64,000 bases of DNA from Diplonema japonicum (lineage: Eukaryota > Protista > Euglenozoa: Diplonemea): NCBI GenBank assembly GCA_964019335.1, contig OZ025650.1, positions 186,001 to 250,000 on the forward strand, written 5' to 3'. The position numbers were made by a program, and so were the translations under genes. Below the pieces are notes generated by a model. It did no database searches. It saw nothing but the letters and a program-made list of their open reading frames with translations, and was not told where the DNA came from. Shown here in pieces: positions 1-9,487 of the stretch; the first letter of the stretch is position 1, and each line of letters opens with the position of its first letter.

Positions 1-583
1 GGGTGCCCCGAGTGTGTAGTCTCCTTGACATCTACCTCCACACCTGCCTCCTTCAGCACTGGTAGCACTTCCGCCTCTAACAGCCCCTTTGCCTTTCCAC
101 CCCCTCCGTGAGGGTTCACTATCATATACACCTTCTTCACAGTGATCTTCTGCCCTTGACGATCGCCCTGTGTGTTGGAGTATTTTCTTTTTATTGAAAC
201 AGTTTCAATACCTCCCACACCCGTTTGAACGGGGAATGCTTGTCGGGTGGTACACCCGATATGACGGCACCCGCGCACACAGGTGACAAGGCATGGCAGA
301 ACCACAACGCGCCTGCCACAAAGAGGATGATAGCTACGGCCAGCATTGCAGTATACGAGTATACAACGTAACATATCAAAAGGACCACAGGCGTCACAAT
401 GAACAGCATGCAGCATGATAATGCGACGCCATTGAAGCCCGCCGCCCCTTGACACAAACCTGGAACGAGATTGATTCGCTCTCCGGGGTCATCGCTGAAT
501 TCTAGTGTTAGGTGCCCGCTTCGCTCTGACTGAAGGGCTGTGCTGGCCGGTTGGGGTGGCGGTGCCGGCGCTATCGTTGCCAT
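1..583 (-). CDS. Sphingosine/diacylglycerol kinase-like protein with N-terminal TM segments; 3'-partial, intron 168-211
   Basis: ATG at 583. A GT..CAG intron joins VWE|GDRQ to KKVYMIVNPHGGGGKAKGLLEAEVLPVLKEAGVEVDVKETTHSGH, the DAGK-cat NPxGGxG motif. Confidence 0.8.
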
Positions 584-691
584 GCAACCCTGTAGAGACT
601 TACCCTGGGACAAGCAAGGTTTAAAAAAAAAAAAAAAGGAGATAAACAACTAATACTGTTATTTTCACATTAAGGTGTAAATGAAACCCAT

Positions 692-3004
692 TCAGCATCG
701 GTTTACCAGTTCGTTGTGGTAATGCTCCTCGGGGTGCAGGTAGGACTGAATCATGGACGGCGTGCCCTCTATCCGCAATGCTTGGTTCAAACGCTTCGCG
801 AGTTTCAGCGACTCGTTAGAAGGGGGGAGAGTGTCGCTAACAGGAAGCTTGGGTGGGTCAGTGGTGTAGTTGAGGTCGTGCAGCACCTCGACGAGCAGGC
901 GTAGGGGGGTGGTGTCCAAGAAAGAAACAGACAAGGTATTCTGGTATGCCTCAAGGGTGCCTTGTCGTTGTTTGAAGACACCCACACGTGTCGCATGATG
1001 CTCCAGGTCGTAGACGTGGCCGTCGCTGATGTCCTTCTGCACTTCAAGGAAGACTTGTTCCGCCTCCTCTCGCAGCTTGTTGCATTCTCCTTTCAGCTGT
1101 GCAAGAACGTCTTGCACGTCTCCCACCACTCTCTCTTTGAACTCTTTAATGGCGTCTTTCAGCCTGTCTAATGCTTCCAGTAACACCGACCCATAAGCTG
1201 TGAGCCCTTTTTTGTCGATCAGTTCCTGCTCACAATGCGGCCCACCACCCCACAGGCACAGCATCGCCAGTTCCTGTGTCTCATGCTTTTGCATCTCCCA
1301 CCTCTTCTCTACTTCCAAACCCCTGCCTACGTAGCCCACATATTTTTCTAAATCCTTCTCGTTCCTTGTCAGAACTGTGATCTCTGCCTCGATCACAACT
1401 ACGTGTTTCTTAAAGCTCTTCGTCAGCTCCACTTCATCGACCTTCTTTGCGGGGTGCTGCAATGTGATGGCCTTCCATTCCTCTTCAGGTATGTGTCCCT
1501 TTTGGAACAACCCGTAACACCTACACAGCGCATCAACCCTGCTCCCCAGGTGTCCTACTATGGAACACGTTACATTGTGCGCGATGGTGACTGCATCCAG
1601 CCTGTGCGACTGTGGGGTCGTGCGCAAGTTAACTGCCATCGACGTGGTGGAGAGGGACTTGTCGGTGTGTAAGGCTGCTGCCGTGAGGGCTTGAATAGCT
1701 TCTTCTAGCTTCTCAGGGGACCCCGCATAGGTAGGAGGACGCACTAAATGGGACCTCAAGGCTGTTTTCAAAGTGGATCGAAAGACGCTACAAGGGGACC
1801 TCCCCAACACTTCCTCATACATCATGTACAGGGTGAAGATCCGCACCGCGACAGGGAAGTGGTATGTCCTGCGCAACTTTATGGACTCTGATTTTGTCTT
1901 CAGCTTTTGCAAGTTCTCTCTCCTGTGCTGCAGAACAGTTCGCACGGACACTGCTGCAGGTTCATGCTCTTCTGAAAGTAATTTGAGAAGTTTGCAGAAA
2001 CCTTCTTCCACGCTCACGGTGCAGTTGTGGATGGCTCTTTCTATCTCAACAGACTCTTCTTGCAGAGGGGGGTCTACGACCTCCAGCGTGTCAGACAAGA
2101 ACCTGTCCACCATGTCACCTTTGCAAGGCTGCAATATCACGACACCCATTCGACGGCACACATCGAGTGTCACAACTTCGTTGCTCTCGTCACAGAAGCA
2201 CAGCCCAAACGATGCCTTCTTGCCTTTGATGAATGCTTTGTTGAGGTACGGCTGCAGGGCGGGCGTGATAACCTTGTTCATGTCGCACCGGATGAGCAGC
2301 TTGGTGCCGTGTGCCGCCGCGAGATTTATGAGGCCTAGGATGTTAGGGGCAGTGGCGGAGCACACCGTATAGCCCCTTGAGGTAAGCCAGTCACTAAGGA
2401 CATGGAGAGGGTCTTGGATGAGGGGCCACTTACTGCCATGTTCCTCTGTTATCCATAGGGCACAGATGGCATTGGACGTTGAAGGGCCCATTGCGTGTAC
2501 GAGGGGGGGCAGCGTGAGGGGGAAGCGCTGTAAGAAGCTGGTGAGTGTTGTGAAGGCAGTGGTGATGCTGGAGGCAGTGGTAACAGCCTGCCACGACGAG
2601 GTGAGAATACTGTGCTGGTGAGGAGGGAAGAGAGGGAGGTAAACGGTGTGCGCAGCAGCGAGCAGACAGTCGCCGATGAGGTACTTTTCGTAGTTAAGCA
2701 AGTCGTGATGCAGCTCTGTTAGCTCGTGGATTTCATGAGGTGTGCTGTGCACGTGTTTCACCTTTCTCACCGATGCTGTGTCTGCCAGTTTCATCCGCAC
2801 TGCCTGTGTTCTTGTCTCCCACAACCCCTTGTACACTACCCCAAACTCCTCCGGGCAGAATTCCACACTCACCTGGCCACCCTCTGCAGCCACCGTCACT
2901 GCAGTTTCGTGCATCGCCTCCATCACGCTTGCCATGTCGTAGCATGGCTGCCGCACACCCTCCAACCCTTCCCGTATGCGGCACAGCGCATTGCTCTCAG
3001 GCAT
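692..3004 (-). CDS. 770-aa protein with a degenerate dynein heavy-chain stalk-end/AAA5-like region
   Basis: Long ORF. Motifs LIGDCLLAAAHTVYLPLF, KWPLIQDP..WL, HGTKLLI..ITPALQPYL and RRTYHFPVAVR resemble dynein HC signatures. Confidence 0.6.
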   Translation of the reverse strand: MPESNALCRIREGLEGVRQPCYDMASVMEAMHETAVTVAAEGGQVSVEFCPEEFGVVYKGLWETRTQAVRMKLADTASVRKVKHVHSTPHEIHELTELHHDLLNYEKYLIGDCLLAAAHTVYLPLFPPHQHSILTSSWQAVTTASSITTAFTTLTSFLQRFPLTLPPLVHAMGPSTSNAICALWITEEHGSKWPLIQDPLHVLSDWLTSRGYTVCSATAPNILGLINLAAAHGTKLLIRCDMNKVITPALQPYLNKAFIKGKKASFGLCFCDESNEVVTLDVCRRMGVVILQPCKGDMVDRFLSDTLEVVDPPLQEESVEIERAIHNCTVSVEEGFCKLLKLLSEEHEPAAVSVRTVLQHRRENLQKLKTKSESIKLRRTYHFPVAVRIFTLYMMYEEVLGRSPCSVFRSTLKTALRSHLVRPPTYAGSPEKLEEAIQALTAAALHTDKSLSTTSMAVNLRTTPQSHRLDAVTIAHNVTCSIVGHLGSRVDALCRCYGLFQKGHIPEEEWKAITLQHPAKKVDEVELTKSFKKHVVVIEAEITVLTRNEKDLEKYVGYVGRGLEVEKRWEMQKHETQELAMLCLWGGGPHCEQELIDKKGLTAYGSVLLEALDRLKDAIKEFKERVVGDVQDVLAQLKGECNKLREEAEQVFLEVQKDISDGHVYDLEHHATRVGVFKQRQGTLEAYQNTLSVSFLDTTPLRLLVEVLHDLNYTTDPPKLPVSDTLPPSNESLKLAKRLNQALRIEGTPSMIQSYLHPEEHYHNELVNRC

Positions 3005-3122
3005 ACCTGTGAAGCTTTATCACAGACGAATGGTGCAATATCTTGATCCAATAAGAAACCAATGAAGGGGAAAGGGATGGGAATTTCACTTCTTTTTTTT
3101 TTTTAAATTCACAGACATGCCA

Positions 3123-3843
3123 TCAAGCAGTGTCTGGTTCGGTGACCTCCCAGCCCTTTCGAATGTCAAAATATTTCTCCGGGGCCCAGATATGGGAGTA
3201 GCAGCTGCTGGCCAACGCGAAAAGAACCTGTTTTTTTGTTGTTTGCTTTTTTTTTCCCACCCGGAAATACCGTGGAGGCAACTATGGTGCGCATGTTGCT
3301 GCGGTGCCGGAGGGCGGGGATGGCGATTAATGAGGCGAAGGGGGTGATTTTTCTGCTGTCTCTTTCGAAGAATAAGAGGTCGGCTTCTTCAGGGACTTTG
3401 CGGAATTGGTATTTCTCTCTACCCTGTCTGAGGACAGCCTCACGGAGGAAGCCCTCTGTCAAGCACACCACGAACGCTGCAGCAGCGACCCGGTTACCGT
3501 ATGCAGTGGCCCGAGTCGTGCCATAGTGGAACAAGGACAGCCCTGCACTCCGCCAGGTCAAAGCAGTTCCTGCGCTTCGCTGCGTGAGTCCGTTATACGA
3601 ACCAGCGATCGCGCCCCCCAATGTCCCTGCAATGTACCCAACGCCTACCGCGTTCAGCATTCCCGAAAAACTAAAAAATGGGTCGGTGGGGTCTATTTCT
3701 GGTTTAGCGTCCCATCCTTCCCTCAACGTGTTCTCCCCATACAGCACACCCTGCTTGTCCATCACAACCCCTACCACCGTGTGTTTTGATTTGTGCCAAA
3801 AATCGGCTACGAGGCCCACTGATGTCTCGTCGAGTTCTTCCAT
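3123..3843 (-). CDS. Tim17/Tim22/Tim23-family mitochondrial inner-membrane protein; intron 3228-3270
   Basis: GVGYIAGTLGGAIAGSYNG glycine zipper and ATAYGN..AAAAF. Splicing gives C-terminus VLFALASSCYSHIWAPEKYFDIRKGWEVTEPDTA*. Confidence 0.75.
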
Positions 3844-4459
3844 TTAATTTACTCTTGTTTCACCCCCTTTTTTTTTCCCTTTGTTTTCTTTTTGAGGAAA
3901 ATAGGAAGAAAAAAAAAAGAGGAAAAAAAAAAAAAAAAAAAACGGCATCGGGTTTAAACAAAGAATTTCTTTTTTGAAAAAAAAAAAAAATAAAGAAGAT
4001 GGGGGACGAAGAAAGGGAAGGGCGGAAAGAAAGAGAATAAGGAAACAATAAAAATAAATAATAGATAAATAAAAAAAAAATGAGGCCGATTACAAAAGGG
4101 GGGTACACACACAACGCTTGACTAAACCAGAAGAAAAAGCACACAATTGAAGAGAAATAATAAAAGGAAAAAAAAAAACAAGATTACAAATAAACGAAGA
4201 AAAGATGTGTGTTGGGATGGGCAGAAGAGAAAAAAAAAAAGAGAGAGAGAAAAACAGCAAGGAGTGTGTGGTAACTATCAAACTCTTTTTTTTATTCTCT
4301 TTTTTTATATTATTGTTTCCTTTTCTTTCTTTTTGTCCTTCCCTCCCCGCTTTTTTATTTTTTTTTCTTTTTTTTTTCCAGGAGCGAAGACAAAAACAAA
4401 TGTATAATACATAATAATAATAATAATAAAAAAAAAGACCGGCAAGAACAGAGTTGAGG

Positions 4460-4510
4460 AAAATAAAAGGCGATGCTTAAAGGCAAATCCCACGTGAGGA
4501 CCACCCTTAA
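4460..4510 (-). other. Recurrent structured intergenic motif, copy 1
   Basis: 39/43 nt identical to 58119-58161. Two hairpins inside a closing stem on the minus strand. Confidence 0.6.
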
Positions 4511-4580
4511 TAAAAAAAAAATTAAAGACCAACCCTCTCCCCCACCACACACAAAAACCCAGGGTTAGGCGAAAAAACAC

Positions 4581-4734
4581 CGCCTCGTATCTCTAAAATC
4601 CGTTTAGCAGTGGTGACCATAAAAAACCTTTCCCAAAAAATCCTTTTACAAATCTCCCGCTGGAAATGTTTGAAGAAACCTTTCTCGAAAATTTTCCCAC
4701 AAATATTAACCCGGGGTTTTAGAGATACGGGGCG
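4581..4734. repeat. 21-bp inverted repeat pair (MITE-like or long stem-loop)
   Basis: CGCCTCGTATCTCTAAAATCC (4581-4601) versus GGGTTTTAGAGATACGGGGCG (4714-4734); 19/21 complementary, no clear TSD. Confidence 0.55.
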
Positions 4735-4882
4735 TGGGAAACAAAACAAAACAAAAAAAAAAAAAAAAAAAAAACACTTCACTCTCTCTTCTTTTTTTTT
4801 TTTGTTTCTTTCGAAATAACTTTTCCAAAAAACACTTTTTTTTTTTTTTTTTTTCTTTTTTTTCCTTACCCACATTGCACGT

Positions 4883-5755
4883 CTATTTAGAGCAAATAAC
4901 AACATGAAGGAATCCATCAGGGTGAGCCATATACTCGGAGAGCCAGATGAGCGGTGTGGCTGGAGAAGGTGTAACACCTTGGATGAGGAGTCGTGCGGAG
5001 GGGAGCGAGATTGGAGATTCAGACTGCGCCTCCTCGTCGGTGAAGGGAAAAATCTCAGGAAGAATCTCCTTGAGGAACTCAGCAAGGGTAGTTGTAGAAT
5101 CGGAGGTCGGATTGGAAGGCGAACGAAGCCAGATAGTCTCGTTGAAATGAACGAAGATCGGGAGCTTTTTCGGTTCAACCTCCGCCCGACGAAGCTGGGT
5201 TCGAACTGTTGCGTACTTCGCATAATTACATTCTCTGACGGCAACGACCAGATCATTCCATTGAGACATTGATAGGTTTGTCACTGCCATTGTACTGTTG
5301 TACCTTAAGGTGTGAGCTTGTTTTAAAATCTGTGAAAACAAGGACATTGTTTCTTTCTCAGTGTTCATTGCCACCATGGATGGGTCAGGGTATGGCGTGA
5401 AGTGCACCGATAAGGACAAAGGCAGCATTTCCTCCGTTTCTTTTCCCTCGGAAAGCTGCAGGTAATCAAACACAACACCCACAGGGAAATGCCACCTTAT
5501 TGGTGTCACTTTCCCCCCCACATCCCTGCTCAGCCATATATCAGATTCTTGGCCGTGTTTTGTGGCCGCGTGTTGCAAGTGTGCTCTTACCTCCGACAGA
5601 AAAAACGATAAATAACCCACTCGAGGGATCAGTTTGTAAAACGCAGTCGGCCGCTCGTATTCCATCCCCGCTAGGCTGTCCGTGCTCAGCGTGAACTGAA
5701 CAGGTACCTTGCCCCTCCATAGGTCCTTCATGAATTCTTCTCCTGCGGCGCTCAT
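4883..5755 (-). CDS. ATG5: Autophagy protein 5
   Basis: LWRGKVPVQF, PRVGYL, PIRWHFPVGVVFD, LKQAHTLR (conjugation-lysine region), LIQGV..TPLIWLSEYMAHPDGFLHVVI. Confidence 0.93.
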   Translation of the reverse strand: MSAAGEEFMKDLWRGKVPVQFTLSTDSLAGMEYERPTAFYKLIPRVGYLSFFLSEVRAHLQHAATKHGQESDIWLSRDVGGKVTPIRWHFPVGVVFDYLQLSEGKETEEMLPLSLSVHFTPYPDPSMVAMNTEKETMSLFSQILKQAHTLRYNSTMAVTNLSMSQWNDLVVAVRECNYAKYATVRTQLRRAEVEPKKLPIFVHFNETIWLRSPSNPTSDSTTTLAEFLKEILPEIFPFTDEEAQSESPISLPSARLLIQGVTPSPATPLIWLSEYMAHPDGFLHVVICSK

Positions 5756-6209
5756 CTTGTTATTTCAGTTTTTTTTTTTTTCTTCTTCTTCTTCTTCTCT
5801 TTAATTTGTCCCGGACCCCCTCCGCCCCACTCTGTATTGGTGTAAAAAGAAAAAAAAAAAAAAAAAAAAAGGAGGGAAAATAAATTCCTGTAACAGAAAA
5901 TAAAAAACGAGTGAAGCAAACAGAAAATAAAAAAAGAGTCGGTTTTTTTTTTTTTTTTTTTTTTTTTCCCAAAGCATTTGTTTGTACACGCGGCATAAAT
6001 CCTGGGATGAATACTGCATGTTACCAACTACTCTTTTAACAAAAAAAAAAAAAAAAAAAAAAAAAAGCACAACAAAAAGAAATATAAAGGGCCAGGTGGG
6101 GGAAAGGGGCGAGAAGAAAAAAAAAATATAGCGTTACTCCATTTTTTTTTTTTTTTTTCCTTTTTTCTTTTTTTTTCTTCCTGAGAATTTGGTGTCCGCG
6201 CCCCGCCGA

Positions 6210-6974
6210 TCACTCCAGCTTCACGGTAATGTGTAGAAAATGGTGCGGGTGCTTCATATTTTCGTAAAGCCAAGACAGAGTGCTTTCTGGGGAAGGGACG
6301 ATGCCCTGCACAAGGACACGACCCTCCATTTTGGCTAAGGTGGACAACATGGGAGACTTCAAGCTTGGAATTTTATCATACAAAAACTGTTCAAGATCAA
6401 TCGTGCCATCAGGGTCTGCCTCATGGTACATCGTTTGCACTTTCGGTTTTTTGACATTCACGTAAATAACATGAATTGCGATAGGCAGCTTCTGCATGGC
6501 AACCTCTGGTGTGTCGACATGGTCGAAGACTGTTTTGGCGCTTTCCTTGGCTGCTCTTTTTTTTTTTTCAATTTCTTCCGATCCGGCACTGTACATCCCC
6601 ACAATTGATTTTTCCATAATGTGATACGCAGCTTTTGTCCAGTCGTCAAATGGCTTTGACATCCCATCGCAAGGGATCACATACTGCGCTGTAAGGTCCT
6701 TGTCATATGACTGCTGGACCACCTTGATGATGAGAGCGTTTTTGATCTCCTTCCCTGTTTTAAGCGACCAGATATCTACGTTCACCCCGCAGGGGTACCT
6801 CCAGTTCATCCATACCCCATCGCACCACATGGACACCTGGTCGTCCATCAACAGCCCCAACGCGTCATACGGATCGAGAAAACTCTGCCTCCCCACATGC
6901 TGTTCCACGCTCGCCCCGTTGTACTCATACTTCACACACACCGACCCAGACCACACCAAGCTTTGAAGGTCCAT
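6210..6974 (-). CDS. Divergent ATG5-like paralog
   Basis: VWSGSV, WRYPCGV, KLPIAIHV and VLVQGIVPSPESTLSWLYENMKHPHHFLHITV are colinear with the adjacent ATG5. Confidence 0.8.
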   Translation of the reverse strand: MDLQSLVWSGSVCVKYEYNGASVEQHVGRQSFLDPYDALGLLMDDQVSMWCDGVWMNWRYPCGVNVDIWSLKTGKEIKNALIIKVVQQSYDKDLTAQYVIPCDGMSKPFDDWTKAAYHIMEKSIVGMYSAGSEEIEKKKRAAKESAKTVFDHVDTPEVAMQKLPIAIHVIYVNVKKPKVQTMYHEADPDGTIDLEQFLYDKIPSLKSPMLSTLAKMEGRVLVQGIVPSPESTLSWLYENMKHPHHFLHITVKLE

Positions 6975-7165
6975 TTCTTTTCCCCCCCCCCTTCTTGTGT
7001 CTGTTAAGTGAATGGTTTTTCGTATTCACAAAATATGGTAACAATCATCTATGTAAAACTATTAAAAATAAAACTTATTTCTTTTGGGATGAATTTTTTT
7101 TTTTTGTTTCCTCCCTTTTTTTTTTTTTTTTTTTCCCTTTCTTTCTCTTATGAATATTCTAAGTT

Positions 7166-9487
7166 CTAGTTATGGTGTGAGTCTGCCTGTTGCTGCTCGG
7201 CAATAAGCTGGTTCAACTCGTTTTTCAAGGACTGCAACTGTGATGAGGAGCGTGCAGGCGGGCCTGCCGAGGACGACGAGGCGACGGGGGCGGAATGTAC
7301 AGAGACGGGTGCTGATGTGTTGTCAATGCGCCACGAGACAGCCTGCGTGTTGTAGCCTGCAACGCCTGCAGTTGAGGTGTTGGAGGAGTTGTCGGTCTCG
7401 TCTCTGTGGATGCAGCTCTCCCTGTGGCTGGCGAAGTCCCCTTTAAGAAACTCTTCACCGCAGTCATCACACATCATCAGCGCACCATTGCTGCTGCTGT
7501 TGTTGTCCTCGTAGTTCCCACTCCTGTTGTCATTCTGTGTGCAGTGGTTTTCCTCATGGTCTTGTAGATCGCACCCCCTCACTTGTATCCCGCAGAACCT
7601 GCAGTTGCTCATGTCTTCTTCAACTGGTTTCTTAAACCCTGCAAACACGATCTTCCTCGGGGAGTGCACGGTCGGTACGTCCTCCGTCGCCAGCGGCTTC
7701 AACAACGTTGGTTGGTAGCTTTCCAACTCTGCAGTGGAGACCGACTGCCTCCGAGCCTCCTGCCTCCGTCGTTCGCCTCCTTCCTTTTCCAATGCTTCTC
7801 TGATGAGCTTGTCTTCTGCTTGCTTCTTCTTCTTTTCCAGATCTCTTTTCCATTCTTCTTCCTCCCGTTCTCGCTTCTGCCTTGCTTCTTCTTCTTCCCT
7901 TTGTCTCGCTTTTCTTGCCGTCCGGAGTTCTTCCTCTTCACGTTCTTGCCTTGCGCGTCTCTCTTTCCGCTTAATTTCCTCTTCTTCCTCTTCGCGCTGC
8001 AACACGAGGCGCCTCTCTTCATCGGCCTTCTCGCGCTTTGCCATCTCGTCCCTTTTCAGCTTTTCTTGCTTCTCCTGTTCGATACGCTGCTGCTTAAGCA
8101 ATGCCTCCTGCTCGCGGATGCCCCGTTCACGCTCCTCCTGTGCCCTCTTTGCTTCGTCCAGCTCTTGCCTCATCGCGTTTAGCATAGCTTGCTGCTCCCT
8201 CTCGCGCTCTTGCTGTTCTTGGGTACGCCTTTCCTCCGCACGTTTCATCTCATCTGCCATTCGCTTGATTTCAGCATTTTGACGTTCTCGCTCCCTCTTC
8301 AGCGCTTCTTCTGCTTCTGCTTCCCTGTTTCGTTCGGCTTGCTGCACTGCCAGGGAGACGGCTTGCGGAGGTGCATCAGCCGCCTCAGCAGCGACCTGTG
8401 TCGGTGTTGTGGGCGCTCCTTCGTTTGGGTTTGGTGTAGGAACAGCAGTTGGGACAGGTAAAGAGGCTGGTGCAGGCATCGGAACAACAGTTGAGACAGG
8501 TAAAGAGGCTGGTGCTGCTGGTAAAGAAGCCGGTGCGGCAACGGAAACGGGTGCTGAGACCGGTGCTACAGAAGCAGTGGGAGCAACACTACCAGGTGCT
8601 GGGGCCAGCTCTGAACCGGGGGGAAGAATCACAGCACTGTTTAGCGACGCTGCAGCGGACAGCGGTGGACCCTCTTGCACCTCATGCCGACTCCGTCTCG
8701 AGTGCTTCCTGTGTTTGTCCTTTTTGTGAGACCGGCTGCTGACGGACTCCGTGAAGGACGACGCGCTGTCCCCAAAGACAGACGTGAACAGGGAGCCGGT
8801 CTCTGTCGATGACACTGACGAGTCGCGCCGCCTGCGGCGGTGTTTGGAACGCTTCCTGCGTGGCTTGTCATGTCTGCGGCCTCTGTCAAGGAGGTCAAGG
8901 ACGGCCTTTAACTGGAGGGGGTCCGTGTACGGGGAGGGGTGGGCGTACGGGTAGGTGTACGGGTGTGCATCGTCATGTTTCTTCTTCGGTTGAGGCTCCT
9001 CCTTTGGCGTGGGGGGCTTCTCTTCTCTTTCTTCCCTTTTAAGGAGCTCTAGGATAGTCTGAAGCTTGGCGTCCGTCGAGATACGTGAGGCAAGGTCAAG
9101 GGGGTCGACAGTGGGGACAGGTGCAGGAGCAGGAGGGGCAGGTGCAGGGCCAGGAGGCGCGACTGCTGCCCGCTTCAACAATGCGGTGACTTCCTTTTCC
9201 AATCGCTGATTCTCGTCACGCAGCACTCTTGCTGTTCCAGTCAACACCTTCTGCGTGTGGAAGGTGTACTGCAATGCAACCTGCATGACACGCACGATCC
9301 TTCCCACCTGCCGCACCGTCTTGTACTGGAAGTCATCGTCCACAACTTCACCAAAGCTTATGTTCTTAATGACGTCTTGCAGCTTCCTCAGGTCAGACTT
9401 CATCGCGTCCGGATCAGCCCTTGAGAGCTCCTCCACCTGAAACCTCTCTCTACTAAGTCGGAATGTAAATTCATTTTCATTGTGCAT
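7166..9487 (-). CDS. DZIP1/Iguana-like N-terminal domain protein with coiled coil and C-terminal C2HC-type zinc fingers
   Basis: FTFRLSRERF..LQDVIKNISFGEV..IVRVMQVALQYTFHTQKVL resembles Dzip-like_N. CRFC..HEENHC and CDDC..HRESC fingers. Confidence 0.7.
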   Translation of the reverse strand: MHNENEFTFRLSRERFQVEELSRADPDAMKSDLRKLQDVIKNISFGEVVDDDFQYKTVRQVGRIVRVMQVALQYTFHTQKVLTGTARVLRDENQRLEKEVTALLKRAAVAPPGPAPAPPAPAPVPTVDPLDLASRISTDAKLQTILELLKREEREEKPPTPKEEPQPKKKHDDAHPYTYPYAHPSPYTDPLQLKAVLDLLDRGRRHDKPRRKRSKHRRRRRDSSVSSTETGSLFTSVFGDSASSFTESVSSRSHKKDKHRKHSRRSRHEVQEGPPLSAAASLNSAVILPPGSELAPAPGSVAPTASVAPVSAPVSVAAPASLPAAPASLPVSTVVPMPAPASLPVPTAVPTPNPNEGAPTTPTQVAAEAADAPPQAVSLAVQQAERNREAEAEEALKRERERQNAEIKRMADEMKRAEERRTQEQQEREREQQAMLNAMRQELDEAKRAQEERERGIREQEALLKQQRIEQEKQEKLKRDEMAKREKADEERRLVLQREEEEEEIKRKERRARQEREEEELRTARKARQREEEEARQKREREEEEWKRDLEKKKKQAEDKLIREALEKEGGERRRQEARRQSVSTAELESYQPTLLKPLATEDVPTVHSPRKIVFAGFKKPVEEDMSNCRFCGIQVRGCDLQDHEENHCTQNDNRSGNYEDNNSSSNGALMMCDDCGEEFLKGDFASHRESCIHRDETDNSSNTSTAGVAGYNTQAVSWRIDNTSAPVSVHSAPVASSSSAGPPARSSSQLQSLKNELNQLIAEQQQADSHHN

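Noticed and set aside
4460-4480. U5 snRNA loop I-like TCGCCTTTTA
   Set aside because: No flanking U5 stem I and no Sm site.
3850-4880. Numerous Lys- or Phe-rich ORFs in the track, here and in other spacers
   Set aside because: Translations of poly(A)/poly(T) tracts with no coding signature.
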